Origin: an uncultured delta proteobacterium
Lineage (GTDB): Bacteria; Desulfobacterota; Binatia; UBA9968
Direction of reading: 5' to 3'
Length of the DNA stretch: 64,000 nucleotides
Assembly: GCA_963816145.1 (NCBI GenBank)
Contig: CAWFJP010000001.1
Span: forward strand, 224,001 to 288,000
This document shows, piece by piece, positions 1 through 10,129 of the stretch. Every line of letters begins with the position of its first letter. Position 1 is the stretch's first letter. The translations under genes were made by a program, and so were the position numbers. The notes under the pieces are model-generated. The model made no database searches. It was given only the letters and a program-made list of their open reading frames with translations, and was not told the origin of the DNA.

Positions 1-114
1 GAGCAACGCCACCCCAAGCAGCAACAAAACCAGCACGCCAGCGATCCACCCAACGCGCCGGCCGCGCCGCGCGTCGCGTTTGCGATTGTCTCGGCGATAG
101 AGTTTCAATTGCAT
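1..114 (-). CDS. ftsQ: Probable cell division protein FtsQ, N-terminal part (runs off window)
   Basis: Manual translation from ATG at 114: MQLKLYRRDNRKRDARRGRRVGWIAGVLVLLLLGVALL. Basic cytoplasmic tail plus one TM helix, directly after murB in the dcw cluster. Confidence 0.65.
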   Translation of the reverse strand, partial: MQLKLYRRDNRKRDARRGRRVGWIAGVLVLLLLGVALL

Positions 115-124
115 TTCGCTTCAA

Positions 125-1066
125 CTACTCGGTCGGCCACTCGCCGACAAACTTCACTTCAGGAACCAATTCGATATCAAAGCGCCGGCGCACCTCGCTC
201 CGGGCCGCCTCCATCAGTTGCCGCACTTCGGCCGCTTTGGCGCCGCCGAGATTGACGATGAAGTTGGCATGGCGCGCGGCGATCTGCGCTTGGCCGATGC
301 GATGGCCTTTCAAGCCAGCCGCTTCGATCAGTCTGCCTGCGAAATCGCCTGGTGGATTGCGAAACATCGATCCCGAGTTGGGAAACCCCGACGGCTGGCT
401 GCTTTTCCGTTTGCCCACCAGTTCGCGTAATTTGGCATTCACCTGTGCCGGTTCCTGCCGGTGCAAACGCAATGTCACTCGGGTCACCACGGTGCCCGCG
501 GGCAAATGCGAATCGCGATAGCTGAACGTCATCTCGGTTCGAGAGAAAACCACCGGTTGACCGTTAGGATCGATCGCCTCGACGCGCTCGATCACTTTCT
601 CAAATTCAGTACCGTAAGCTCCTGCGTTCATCACCAATGCGCCGCCGACACTGCCGGGGATGCCTTCGGCAAACTCCAGGCCCGCGTATCCCTTGCGCGC
701 CGCCTGGCGCACCAGCTGCGTCACCGCATAGGCCGCGCCGACTGCAACTTCGATACGGTCGCCGAGTTCGCGCCAGTCAATTTTTTTGAACTCGCCGGCC
801 AAATGGATCACCGCGCCGCGCACGCCGCGGTCACTAATGAGCACATTGCTGCCGTTGCCTAACAGCCACAGCGGTACTTGATGGCGGCGCAGCGCGATGA
901 GAACTGCGGCCAGCGCCGCGCCGGTGTCGACTTCGATGAAATAATCCGCCGGGCCGCCGATCTTCATCGACGTGTAACGCGCCAGCGGTTCATCGAGATT
1001 GAGTCTCACGCCGGCAATGGCGGCGAGTTCCGCCACCAGCGGCTCATGGTCAGTTATCTTTGCCAT
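125..1066 (-). CDS. murB: UDP-N-acetylenolpyruvoylglucosamine reductase
   Basis: Motifs GNGSNVL, GIPGSVGG..MNAGAYG, SQP..FPNSGSMFRNP, HANFIVN. Start set at MAKITD (1066; 1075 possible) because the ORF-track extension is a translated repeat. Confidence 0.95.
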   Translation of the reverse strand: MAKITDHEPLVAELAAIAGVRLNLDEPLARYTSMKIGGPADYFIEVDTGAALAAVLIALRRHQVPLWLLGNGSNVLISDRGVRGAVIHLAGEFKKIDWRELGDRIEVAVGAAYAVTQLVRQAARKGYAGLEFAEGIPGSVGGALVMNAGAYGTEFEKVIERVEAIDPNGQPVVFSRTEMTFSYRDSHLPAGTVVTRVTLRLHRQEPAQVNAKLRELVGKRKSSQPSGFPNSGSMFRNPPGDFAGRLIEAAGLKGHRIGQAQIAARHANFIVNLGGAKAAEVRQLMEAARSEVRRRFDIELVPEVKFVGEWPTE

Positions 1067-1086
1067 CGCAAACATCGATCGTGAAC

Positions 1087-1169
1087 TGGCGTAATGGAGT
1101 GATGGAGTACAGGAGTAGTGTCCCCTCCCTACCCATTGCTCCATCACTCCATTGCTCCAACACTCCATT
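1087..1169. repeat. 8-nt period inverted repeat (TGGAGTRA units / CTCCATYR units)
   Basis: tggcgtaa tggagtga tggagtac aggagtag ... cccattg ctccatca ctccattg ctccaaca ctccatt between murC stop and murB start. Confidence 0.85.
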
Positions 1170-1172
1170 TTT

Positions 1173-2543
1173 TCACTGCAGCGCCTCGACCAAGGCCTCG
1201 CCGATTTTGTAAATATCGCCGGCTCCCAAGGTCAGCGCCACGTCGCCGGATTGCAGTTTACCGGCGACCTCGGCGACAATTTGATTTTTGTCGGCTATAT
1301 ACGCGACATCCAAATGGCCCTGGCGCTTGAGCGCCTGGTACAACGCCTCGCCGGTGGCGCCGGCGATCGGATCTTCGCCGGCGGCATAAATTTCGGTCAG
1401 CACCAGCCGGTCGGCGCCTTCGAAAGCGGTCAAGAACTCGTCGAAGAGATCGCGTGTGCGGGTGTAACGGTGCGGCTGGAAAATCACCGTCAATGGCCGC
1501 TTCCAACTGTCGCGAATGGCGCCGATGGTGGCGCGGATCTCGGCCGGGTGGTGCCCATAATCGTCGATCACCATCACCCCGTTCGGCTCGCCTTTGATTT
1601 CGAAGCGGCGATGAATGCCGCTGAACGCCGCGAGCGCCTGAGCCACATGGTCGAATGGGACTTCCAGTTCATGGGCCACCGCGATGGCCGCCAACGAATT
1701 GGTCGCGCTATGCTTCCCCGGCGAACGCAGGCGCACTTTGCCCAAGAACTTGCCGCGATGGCGCGCCGTGAATGCCACCCCGGCGGGGCTCATTTTCAAA
1801 TCATCGGCGGAGAACTCGGCTTCCGGCGACAGGCCATAGGTGGTGAAGCGCTTGCGCACCTTGGGCAACAAACCGCGCACATGAACGTCGTCAAGGCAGA
1901 GCACGGCAAGACCGTAGAACGGCACTTTGTTGATGAACGTCAAAAAATTCTCCGTCAGCCGTTCCATGGTGCCGTGATAATCCATGTGTTCTTTATCGAT
2001 ATTGGTCACCACCGCGATGGTCGGCGAGAGCAACAAAAAACTGCCGTCGCTTTCGTCCGCTTCAGCGACCAAGATATCGCCCTGGCCCATCTTGGCGTTG
2101 CTGCCGAGCATATGCAGCCGGCCGCCGATCACCATCGTCGGGTCCAAGCCGGCGGCGCTCAGCACCGCCGAAACCATCGAAGTGGTCGTGGTTTTGCCAT
2201 GGCTGCCGGCCACTGCGACGCCAAACTTCACGCGCATCAATTCGGCGAGCATTTCCGCCCGCGGAATCACCGGGATATGGCGCCGGCGCGCTTCCATGAC
2301 TTCCGGATTGGAATATTTAACCGCCGTCGAGATCACCAGGACGGACGGATTGGCGGCGATATTTTCTTCCTGATGGCCGATAAAAATTTGCGCGCCAAGA
2401 GCGCCCAGGCGTCGAGTAGCTTCGCTGGCCTGCAAGTCGGAGCCGCTCACGGCGTAACCGGAATTGAGCAACACTTCGGCGATACCGCTCATGCCGATTC
2501 CGCCGATACCGACGAAGTGAATTTTATGTTTCTTCTGCAACAT
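1173..2543 (-). CDS. murC: UDP-N-acetylmuramate--L-alanine ligase
   Basis: IHFVGIGGIGMSG, GSHGKTTT, EADESDGSF, DDYGHHP, FQPHRYTRT. Confidence 0.97.
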   Translation of the reverse strand: MLQKKHKIHFVGIGGIGMSGIAEVLLNSGYAVSGSDLQASEATRRLGALGAQIFIGHQEENIAANPSVLVISTAVKYSNPEVMEARRRHIPVIPRAEMLAELMRVKFGVAVAGSHGKTTTTSMVSAVLSAAGLDPTMVIGGRLHMLGSNAKMGQGDILVAEADESDGSFLLLSPTIAVVTNIDKEHMDYHGTMERLTENFLTFINKVPFYGLAVLCLDDVHVRGLLPKVRKRFTTYGLSPEAEFSADDLKMSPAGVAFTARHRGKFLGKVRLRSPGKHSATNSLAAIAVAHELEVPFDHVAQALAAFSGIHRRFEIKGEPNGVMVIDDYGHHPAEIRATIGAIRDSWKRPLTVIFQPHRYTRTRDLFDEFLTAFEGADRLVLTEIYAAGEDPIAGATGEALYQALKRQGHLDVAYIADKNQIVAEVAGKLQSGDVALTLGAGDIYKIGEALVEALQ

Positions 2544-2567
2544 TTAACTTCTACGCCCACTGCCAAG

Positions 2568-3635
2568 CTATGCCCGAGCCAAGTTGTAACAGGCATCGAC
2601 GATGCGCGCCGCCGCATCCGGCCGGCCCAAGGCGCGCGCCGCCGCCGCCATTCGTTCGAGCCCTGCCCGATCCGCGAAATAACCGCGAATCCGTTCGGCC
2701 AAAACCTCGCCGGTCAGTTCGCGATCCAAGATCATCGCCGCCGCGCCGCGCGCTTGCAGCGACTCGGCGTTACTGCGCTGATGATCGTAAATCGCATAAG
2801 GATATGGCACCAAAATCGCCGCCTTGCCGAACACCGTAAGCTCGGCGATGGTCATCGCCCCGGCGCGGCACAACACCAAATCGGCGCCGGCATAGGCTTC
2901 GTCCATCCGTACGATGAACGGCGTTACCAGCGCTTCGAACGGTAGCGAGGCGTAAACCTGTCTGATTGCGTCATAATCGAGCTGGCCGGTTTGATGCGTA
3001 ATGGCGATATCGTTTTTAAGATCGTCCAAGAGTTTTAGCGCATCGATGACGGCGTAGTTGATGCGCCGCGCCCCGGCGCTGCCGCCGAAAACCAGCAGCG
3101 TGAACTTATCGCTGCGTTTAACCTGCGGCACTACCGTCCAGCGCACCGGGTTGCCGGTTTCGAGCAGCCGCGCGCCGGGGAAATATTGCTCGCTCTCGCG
3201 GTAGGCGGTAAAGACACGATCGACCCAGCGGGCAAGCAGCTTATTGGTAAATCCCGGCCGCAGATTCTGTTCCATGATAGCGCAGCGAATTCGTTTGAGC
3301 TTTGCCGCCAATAACACCGGTCCGGATGCATAACCGCCGAGCCCGATCACGCAGTCAGGACGAAAACCGCGCAGGATCGCCAGCGAACGCATCAGCCCCG
3401 CCGGCACGCCGTAAAGCGCGTCAACTAAACCGCGCACACCACGCCCCTTCAAGCCTTTGACCGTCAACGTTTCCAGTTTGAATCCTTCTTTGGGTAACAC
3501 GCGATACTCGATGCCCTGTTCGGTGCCGATAAAAAGAATTTCCGTCTTGCCGTCGCGCCGTTGAAATTCCTGCGCCACCGCCAGCCCGGGGAACAGGTGG
3601 CCGCCCGTTCCGCCGCCGGCGAAAACGATCCGCAT
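2568..3635 (-). CDS. murG: Undecaprenyl-PP-MurNAc-pentapeptide GlcNAc transferase
   Basis: MRIVFAGGGTGGH, GGSAGA, RAGAMT, HQRSNA. True start at 3635; the upstream part of the 712-aa ORF is an off-frame overlap of ftsW. Confidence 0.95.
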   Translation of the reverse strand: MRIVFAGGGTGGHLFPGLAVAQEFQRRDGKTEILFIGTEQGIEYRVLPKEGFKLETLTVKGLKGRGVRGLVDALYGVPAGLMRSLAILRGFRPDCVIGLGGYASGPVLLAAKLKRIRCAIMEQNLRPGFTNKLLARWVDRVFTAYRESEQYFPGARLLETGNPVRWTVVPQVKRSDKFTLLVFGGSAGARRINYAVIDALKLLDDLKNDIAITHQTGQLDYDAIRQVYASLPFEALVTPFIVRMDEAYAGADLVLCRAGAMTIAELTVFGKAAILVPYPYAIYDHQRSNAESLQARGAAAMILDRELTGEVLAERIRGYFADRAGLERMAAAARALGRPDAAARIVDACYNLARA

Positions 3636-3637
3636 CG

Positions 3638-4732
3638 TTAAACTCTCCGGCGCGATAGGCTGAGCAGTATGCCCGCCTCGGCCAGATTGATCAGCATCGC
3701 CGAGCCGCCATAACTGATAAACGGCAATACCAATCCTTTGGTCGGCATGAGCCCCATGACCACGCCCATGTGAATCAACGCTTGCAGCCCCAAAAGCACG
3801 GTCAAGCCGAACGCTAAATACTGATCGAACGGCTCTTCGATGCGCGAAGTCAGCCGCAAGCCGCGCAAGATAATGACGCCGAACAGCGCCAACACCAGCA
3901 AGGCGCCGAGCAAACCCAGCTCCTCGCCGATCACCGAGTAAACGAAATCGGTATGGGCCTCGGGCAAGTAAAATAACTTCTGCCGGCTCTCGCCCAAGCC
4001 GCGCCCCCACAACTGGCCGGAACCGAAGGCGATCAACGATTGAATGACGTGAAAGCCGCTGCCCGTCGGATCGCTCCACGGGTCCAGGAAGCTGAGCAAG
4101 CGGCGCACCCGGTAGTCCGCTTTGGTCATGATGTAAATCAGCAAGGGCAAGGCTAACAGGCCGGTGCTGAGCAAATGGTGCACGCGCACGCCGCCAATAA
4201 ACAACATCGAGTAGAGCAGCATGGTCAGGATCAAGGCGCTGCCGAAATCGGGTTCGAGCAAAAGCACTCCGGCGAAGACGCCGGTCACGATCATGTGCGG
4301 CAACACGCCGATCGAGAACGTGCCCATCACCGGCTCTTTCTTGGCGATGGAATGGGCGAGATAGACGACGATCGCCAACTTGGCCAACTCCGACGGTTGA
4401 AAGGCAAAGCCGGCCAGAGCGATCCAGCGGCGCGCGCCGCCGCGATTGGCGCCGATACCGGGTATCAGCACGAGAACCAACACTACCAGGGTCAGCGCCA
4501 ACAACGGGTAAGCGAAGCGGCGGTATTGATGTGATGGAATCAGCGAACAAACGATCAAGGCGATCACGCCGCCGCCCATGGCGAACAATTGTTTGCGGAA
4601 AAAGAACGTGCCGTCGGCGTAGCGCTCCTGGGAATAGAGATAGCTGGTGCTGAGCACCATGATCACACCCATGGCGAGCAAACCGATGACGGCCAGGAGA
4701 ATCCATTTATCGACGGCCAATGCGTCTCTCAT
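3638..4732 (-). CDS. ftsW: Peptidoglycan polymerase FtsW (SEDS family)
   Basis: GARRWI, FQPSELAK, EPDFG, LPEAHTDF, LPFISYGGS; ATG overlaps the murD stop (ATGA). Confidence 0.95.
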   Translation of the reverse strand: MRDALAVDKWILLAVIGLLAMGVIMVLSTSYLYSQERYADGTFFFRKQLFAMGGGVIALIVCSLIPSHQYRRFAYPLLALTLVVLVLVLIPGIGANRGGARRWIALAGFAFQPSELAKLAIVVYLAHSIAKKEPVMGTFSIGVLPHMIVTGVFAGVLLLEPDFGSALILTMLLYSMLFIGGVRVHHLLSTGLLALPLLIYIMTKADYRVRRLLSFLDPWSDPTGSGFHVIQSLIAFGSGQLWGRGLGESRQKLFYLPEAHTDFVYSVIGEELGLLGALLVLALFGVIILRGLRLTSRIEEPFDQYLAFGLTVLLGLQALIHMGVVMGLMPTKGLVLPFISYGGSAMLINLAEAGILLSLSRRRV

Positions 4733-6063
4733 AGAGCGTGCACCAAATGCTTGAAAGTCTTGCCGCGCTCGGCGTAATTGCGAAATTGATCGAAACTCGA
4801 ACAAGCCGGGGACAACAGCACCACATCGCCCGGCTCGGCGTGCGCCGCAGCGTCGCGCACCGCCGCGGCGATATCGTCGACGAGCACGGTCGTCGTCAGT
4901 TGGCCCAAGGCGCCGGCGATGGTCTGTTTCGCCGCGCCGAAAAGCACCAAGCGGCGAACCTGATTTTTGATGCCATCCGCCAGCGGCCCATAATCGCCGC
5001 CCTTGTCGACGCCGCCGGCGAGTAATATGACGCGCCCGGAAAGGCTCGCCAGCGACTTCACCACCGCGCCGACATTGGTGCCCTTGGAATCGTTGTAATA
5101 GCGAACGCCGTCTTTCTCGCGCACGAATTCAAGACGGTGTTCGAGACCGGGGAACTCTTCGAGCGTGTGTTGTATTGCTCGGCGCGAAACACCGGCGCAC
5201 TTGGCCGCCGCGATGGCGGCCATGATATTTTCCACGTTATGCACGCCTTGGATCTTGGCCTTGGTTAACGAAAACCGCTGCTCATCAGCGCCGTCGCGCC
5301 AGATGACTTCCGTCGGGGTCGCGCACAAACCCTCGGCGACTTCGCTAAAGCCGAAGGAAACGATTCGCGCTGCGAGTCGACGGCGCAGCGCCCAAACCAG
5401 GGGATCGTCGCGGTTGAGGATCGCCACGTCGGTGCTTTGCTGGGCCGCGAAGATGCGCTCCTTGGCCTGGCAATAATCGGCGAAACTCGCGTAGCGGTCC
5501 AAGTGGTCTTCGGTGACATTAAGCAAAAGCGCGATGCGCGGACGAAACTGCTCAACCCATTCCAACTGAAAGCTGCTGATCTCGACCACACCCCAATCCC
5601 AAGAATCCTCCACCGCGCCGATAAAAGGCGCGCCCAAGTTGCCGCCGAGAAAAACTTTCTTGCCGTCGGCCGCAAGCATCTTGCCGATCAATGTTGTCGT
5701 CGTGCTTTTGCCGTTGGTGCCGGTGATCGCCACCAGCGGCGCGCCGAAGTGGCGGTAGGCCAGCTCGATTTCGCTGAGCACGGGAATCTTTCTCGCAACC
5801 GCTTCACGCAAAAGAAGAGTTTCCATGGGCACGCCGGGGCTCGGCACGACGTAGTCCATGCCATCGAGCCAATTTTTTTTCTCGCCGCCCAGATGGTAGG
5901 ACAACGACAAGTCGGCGAGCGCGGCCATTTCCTGGCCGAGTTCGGCGGCGCCGCGCAGGTCGCTAATCCACACCTTGGCCCCCTGCTGCGTTAGAAAGCG
6001 CGCGCATTCCCGTCCGGTGCGCGCCAGGCCGATGACTAAAGCCTTTTTTCCTTTGAGCTCCAT
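4729..6063 (-). CDS. murD: UDP-MurNAc-L-Ala--D-glutamate ligase
   Basis: SPGVP, GTNGKSTTT, EISSFQL, HRLE, NDSKGTN, SPACSSFDQF. Confidence 0.97.
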   Translation of the reverse strand: MELKGKKALVIGLARTGRECARFLTQQGAKVWISDLRGAAELGQEMAALADLSLSYHLGGEKKNWLDGMDYVVPSPGVPMETLLLREAVARKIPVLSEIELAYRHFGAPLVAITGTNGKSTTTTLIGKMLAADGKKVFLGGNLGAPFIGAVEDSWDWGVVEISSFQLEWVEQFRPRIALLLNVTEDHLDRYASFADYCQAKERIFAAQQSTDVAILNRDDPLVWALRRRLAARIVSFGFSEVAEGLCATPTEVIWRDGADEQRFSLTKAKIQGVHNVENIMAAIAAAKCAGVSRRAIQHTLEEFPGLEHRLEFVREKDGVRYYNDSKGTNVGAVVKSLASLSGRVILLAGGVDKGGDYGPLADGIKNQVRRLVLFGAAKQTIAGALGQLTTTVLVDDIAAAVRDAAAHAEPGDVVLLSPACSSFDQFRNYAERGKTFKHLVHAL

Positions 6064-6078
6064 GTAACATCGTCACAG

Positions 6079-7155
6079 TTATCTGAGCTTCAACGTGCTC
6101 AAGCCGATGACCGCAAAAATGATCGACAGTATCCAGAAACGCACGATAATCTGCGGCTCTTTCCAGCCTTTGAGTTCGTAGTGATGGTGTATCGGCGCCA
6201 TCAGGAAAACCCGCTTGCGGCGAATCTTGTAGGACGCCACTTGAAAGATCACCGACAGCGCTTCCATAACGAACACGCCGCCGATGATCACCAAAAGAAT
6301 TTCGTTCTTGGTCATCACCGCGACGATGCCCAGGGCCGCGCCGAGGGACAGCGAGCCGACATCGCCCATGAACATCTGCGCCGGATAGGCGTTGTACCAG
6401 AGAAAACCCAAACCGGCGGCGACCACCGCGGCGCAAAACACCGTCAGCTCGCCGACCCCCGCGACGTAAGGAATCTGTAAATACTCGGCGAACTTGAGAT
6501 GGCCGGTGGCGTAGGCCACCACCCCATAGGCCGCCGCGGCGACCATCACCGGACCTATGGCCAATCCATCGAGCCCGTCGGTGAGATTGACGGCATTGGA
6601 GGCGCCGACGATCACCAGCATGGCAAAAGGAATATAAAAGACGTCAAGGTTGACACGCAGCGTTTTGACAAACGGAAAAGCGATCTCGGTGCTGATCTTG
6701 GGTTGATAGTAGAGCGCCACGGCGACCACGAACGCGATCGCCAACTGGCCCAGGAGTTTTGCCCGCGGCGGCAGTCCGTTGCTGTTTTTGCGCGTGAGCT
6801 TCAAATAATCGTCGGCGAAACCGACCACCCCGGTGCCCACCGTCGCGACCAAAGCCAAAAGCACATAGCGATTGGCAATGTCGGCCAGCATTACAGTCGA
6901 AATCAGCAGCGCCAAGATAATCAGCGCTCCGCCCATGGTCGGCGTCCCCGCCTTGGTGGCGTGCGACGCCGGGCCGTCGTCGCGTATCTGTTGGCCGATC
7001 TGTTTTTCGGTCAGCACCCGTATCAGCCAGGGGCCGAGCAAAAACGAAATCAACAGAGACGAGAGCGCCGCCATCGCCGCGCGAAACGTGATATAGCGAA
7101 AAACGTTGAAGCCGGAGTAGGTGGTCGAGAGCGATGTGAAGAGATAATACAGCAC
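6079..7155 (-). CDS. mraY: Phospho-N-acetylmuramoyl-pentapeptide transferase
   Basis: [36 protein letters not shown]; GTG start at 7155 with AGGA upstream. Confidence 0.96.
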   Translation of the reverse strand: MLYYLFTSLSTTYSGFNVFRYITFRAAMAALSSLLISFLLGPWLIRVLTEKQIGQQIRDDGPASHATKAGTPTMGGALIILALLISTVMLADIANRYVLLALVATVGTGVVGFADDYLKLTRKNSNGLPPRAKLLGQLAIAFVVAVALYYQPKISTEIAFPFVKTLRVNLDVFYIPFAMLVIVGASNAVNLTDGLDGLAIGPVMVAAAAYGVVAYATGHLKFAEYLQIPYVAGVGELTVFCAAVVAAGLGFLWYNAYPAQMFMGDVGSLSLGAALGIVAVMTKNEILLVIIGGVFVMEALSVIFQVASYKIRRKRVFLMAPIHHHYELKGWKEPQIIVRFWILSIIFAVIGLSTLKLR

Positions 7156-7163
7156 GCGATATC

Positions 7164-8568
7164 CTACGCCTTCACGCTCTTGAGCTCTTGTAAGACCTTT
7201 TCCATTTTCATGCCGCGCGAACCTTTGACCAATAGCCAATCGCCGCGCCGCACCTGTTGGCGCAAGCGCCTGGCGACATCGCCGTGATCGGCACCGATGA
7301 TCACATGGTCTGATTTCATGCCGGCACGTAGCGCCCCGCTGCGAACCTGGCGCGCTTGGTCACCGAGCAAGTAAAGCTGGGCAATCTTGGCTTGCGCCGC
7401 GATCCGGCCCAGCTCGCGATGCTCTTTGCCGCTATGTTTGCCGAGTTCGAACATATCGCCCAACACGGCGATTTTTTTTCCGCGGCCGCCGATCAAGGCC
7501 AAAGTCTCCAGCGCCGCCTTCATCGAACCGGGATTGGCATTGTAGCTATCGTTGAGGATGCCGATGCCGCGCCAATTATCCCGTTGCATGCGCATGTTAA
7601 ACGGCATGGCTTGGGCCAAGCCGCGCCGCACCGCCGCCAGACTAACCCCCGCGCCCAGCGCCAAAGCCGCGGCGCCAAGCGCGTTGGTGACGTTATGCCG
7701 GCCCAGATAGTTTAAACGGATGCGCGTCCGTTGGCGTCCGAGGTGCAGATCGAAGGCCATCCCCTGGGCGTCGCGCACGCGTAAGCAGCGCGCGCGCAAC
7801 TGACCGGCGGCGCCGTAAGTCAATTTCATGCCAGAGAATTTCGCGCCAAGCCGGCGCACCCATGGAGTCGTCCAGGTTAACGGCAATCGTCCCGCCCCGG
7901 CGCACACACTGATAAAGCGCGCCCTTTTCGCGCGCCACTCCGGCTAAGTTTTTTAAACCTTCCAAATGGGCCGCCGCCACGCTGGTAATAATGCCGAGGT
8001 CCGGATCGGCAATCTCCGCCAAGCGCTGAATTTCGCCGGGTTGGTTGGTACCCAATTCGACCACTGCGACTCGGTGTTTTTTGGTCAGACGTAACAGCGT
8101 CAACGGCAAGCCAACTAAATTATTGAAGTTACCCTCGGTCTTGAGAACTCTGCCGCGCAACGGCTGGCCGTCTAACTTGCCCTGCGCCATGATCGCCGCG
8201 ACCATTTCCTTGGTCGTGGTCTTGCCATTGGAACCGGTGATCGCCAGCACCTTGGGCGCCAGCTGCTCGCGGCGGTAATGCGCCAGATCGCCCAGCGCCC
8301 GCAGGGTATCGCCAACCCGCACCGCGGTCGCCGCTCCGAGTGTCGCCGGCCGCAGTGCACGATGAACGACGACGCAAGCCGCGCCGCGGCGCACCGCATC
8401 ACCGACAAAGCGATGGGCGTCATGGCGCTCGCCTTTGAGAGCAACGAAGATTGAATTGCGTTTGACCTGCTTCGAGTCGGTCACAATCTCACCGTAGCGC
8501 TCGCTCTTTCCAGGCCTTGCGACCCTGCCGCCGGTAGCGGCGAGAATTTCTCCCAGAGTCCAACCCAT
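7164..8568 (-). CDS. murF: UDP-MurNAc-tripeptide--D-Ala-D-Ala ligase, split by a +1 frameshift near 7866 (probably an assembly error)
   Basis: N-half 7693..8568 ([22 protein letters not shown]) and C-half 7164..7907 ([21 protein letters not shown]). Removing one base joins them as AVNLDD-PWVRRL. Confidence 0.9.
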
Positions 8569-8579
8569 GCCTCGTTAAC

Positions 8580-10124
8580 TTAGCCGTTGGCCCGCGAAGC
8601 GATTTCTTCGCGCGCCACCTCCCGATCGTCGAAATGAATCTTGGTCGTGCCTAAGATCTGATAATCTTCATGCCCTTTGCCGGCGATCAGCACGACATCG
8701 CCGGCGCTGGCCAGGGACAGCGCCAAACGGATCGCCGCGCGCCGATCGGTTTCGACGTAATAACCGCGCTGTTTTCCCGTACCGGTCTTGTCGGCCACAG
8801 CGTTCGATGCAGCCAATTTCGTCATACCGACTTTGCGCACGCCGGCTTCGACGTCATCGAGTATCGCGCCAGGCGCTTCGCCGCGCGGGTTGTCGGAGGT
8901 CAGCACCGCGAAGTCGCTCAAGCGCGCGGCGATTTCACCCATCAACGGCCGTTTGCCGCGGTCGCGGTCACCGCCGCAGCCGAAAACCGCGATGAGTTTG
9001 TTGTCGGTCAACTGGCGCACCACCTGAAGGGTTTTTTCGAGAGCGTCCGGCGAATGCGCATAATCGACCAAAACGGTGACGCCGCGAGCGTTATCGATTT
9101 TTTCCAAGCGTCCCGGCACCTTGTTTAAGCCGGCGATGCCGCGAGCGATGACGTCGTCCGTCAATCCCAAGGCGCAGCCGACGCCGACCGCGCCCAAGAT
9201 ATTTTGCAAGTTGACGGAGCCGACCAGCGGTGAAGCAATTCTTAAACGTCGCTCCTTGGCTTGGATCTCGCCGCGGATACCGTCGACGCCGGTCGTAACT
9301 TGCACCGGACGGACATCCCAATCAGCGCCGTCGCCGTAACTCCACACCGCCAATCCTTGCGCCCGGCACGCGACGATCAACTGTGCGCCGCGCGGATCGT
9401 TACCGTAAATCACCGCCGCCTTGTCGGGTTTCACCGAGGCCGGTAAGTAATCGTTGAACAACCGGCTCTTGGCGGCAAAATAGTCGTCCATGTCGCGATG
9501 ATAATCGAGATGATCGCGCGACAAATTGGTAAACACGCCAACATCGAACTCGAGTCCGCGCACTCTTTCCTGCGCTAAAGCATGGGACGACACTTCCATC
9601 GCCACCGCCCGCACCCCGCTTTGAGTCATCTCCGACAGCAGCTCCTGCAAGTCGACGGACTCCGGTGTCGAATGATGCGACGGCATCTCGCGGCCGCGGT
9701 AGCGGTAATTGATCGTGCCGATCACGCCTGGCTCCAGGCCGGCGGCCTGCAACATTGACTCGACCAAGTAAGTCAATGTCGTCTTGCCGTTGGTACCGGT
9801 GACTCCGACGAGCCGAATGTTCCGGCTCGGCCGGCGGTAAAAATGCGCCGACCACAGACCCATGACACTTCTAATGTTCTTAACGCGAATCATTGCCGGC
9901 GCCTGAGGCCAGGAGCCCGAGCGTGACACAACCACCGCGGCGGCACCGCGTTTGACCGCTTCGCCGATGTAGTCGTGACCGTCGACCGTTTCTCCCTGTA
10001 CGGCGAAGAAAACGCTTCCCGCAGCCGCTTTGCGCGAGTCATACGTCAAGCCGATCACTTCCTGCTCCAGGTCACCTTTGGCCTCCTCGACCTCCTGCAG
10101 CGCTAAGAACTCGCGGACTCGCAT
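8580..10124 (-). CDS. murE: UDP-MurNAc-dipeptide--meso-DAP ligase
   Basis: GTNGKTT, MEVSSH, DYAHSPD, DNPR (DAP-type motif), GKGHEDYQ. Confidence 0.96.
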   Translation of the reverse strand: MRVREFLALQEVEEAKGDLEQEVIGLTYDSRKAAAGSVFFAVQGETVDGHDYIGEAVKRGAAAVVVSRSGSWPQAPAMIRVKNIRSVMGLWSAHFYRRPSRNIRLVGVTGTNGKTTLTYLVESMLQAAGLEPGVIGTINYRYRGREMPSHHSTPESVDLQELLSEMTQSGVRAVAMEVSSHALAQERVRGLEFDVGVFTNLSRDHLDYHRDMDDYFAAKSRLFNDYLPASVKPDKAAVIYGNDPRGAQLIVACRAQGLAVWSYGDGADWDVRPVQVTTGVDGIRGEIQAKERRLRIASPLVGSVNLQNILGAVGVGCALGLTDDVIARGIAGLNKVPGRLEKIDNARGVTVLVDYAHSPDALEKTLQVVRQLTDNKLIAVFGCGGDRDRGKRPLMGEIAARLSDFAVLTSDNPRGEAPGAILDDVEAGVRKVGMTKLAASNAVADKTGTGKQRGYYVETDRRAAIRLALSLASAGDVVLIAGKGHEDYQILGTTKIHFDDREVAREEIASRANG

Positions 10125-10129
10125 CGGTG

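Noticed and set aside
1076-1168. N-terminal extension of MurB (MECWSNGVME...)
   Set aside because: It is the translation of the 8-nt repeat element, not MurB sequence
1152-2945. 597-aa plus-strand ORF and similar long antisense ORFs throughout
   Set aside because: Shadow frames of GC-rich genes; no motifs, fully antisense to confident CDSs
2568-4706. Apparent 712-aa MurG fusion
   Set aside because: The upstream half is an alternative frame over ftsW; MurG begins at 3635
7164-8568. Programmed frameshifting or true pseudogene in murF
   Set aside because: No slippery sequence, the gene is essential, and a second similar +1 indel occurs at 43538; an assembly error is more parsimonious
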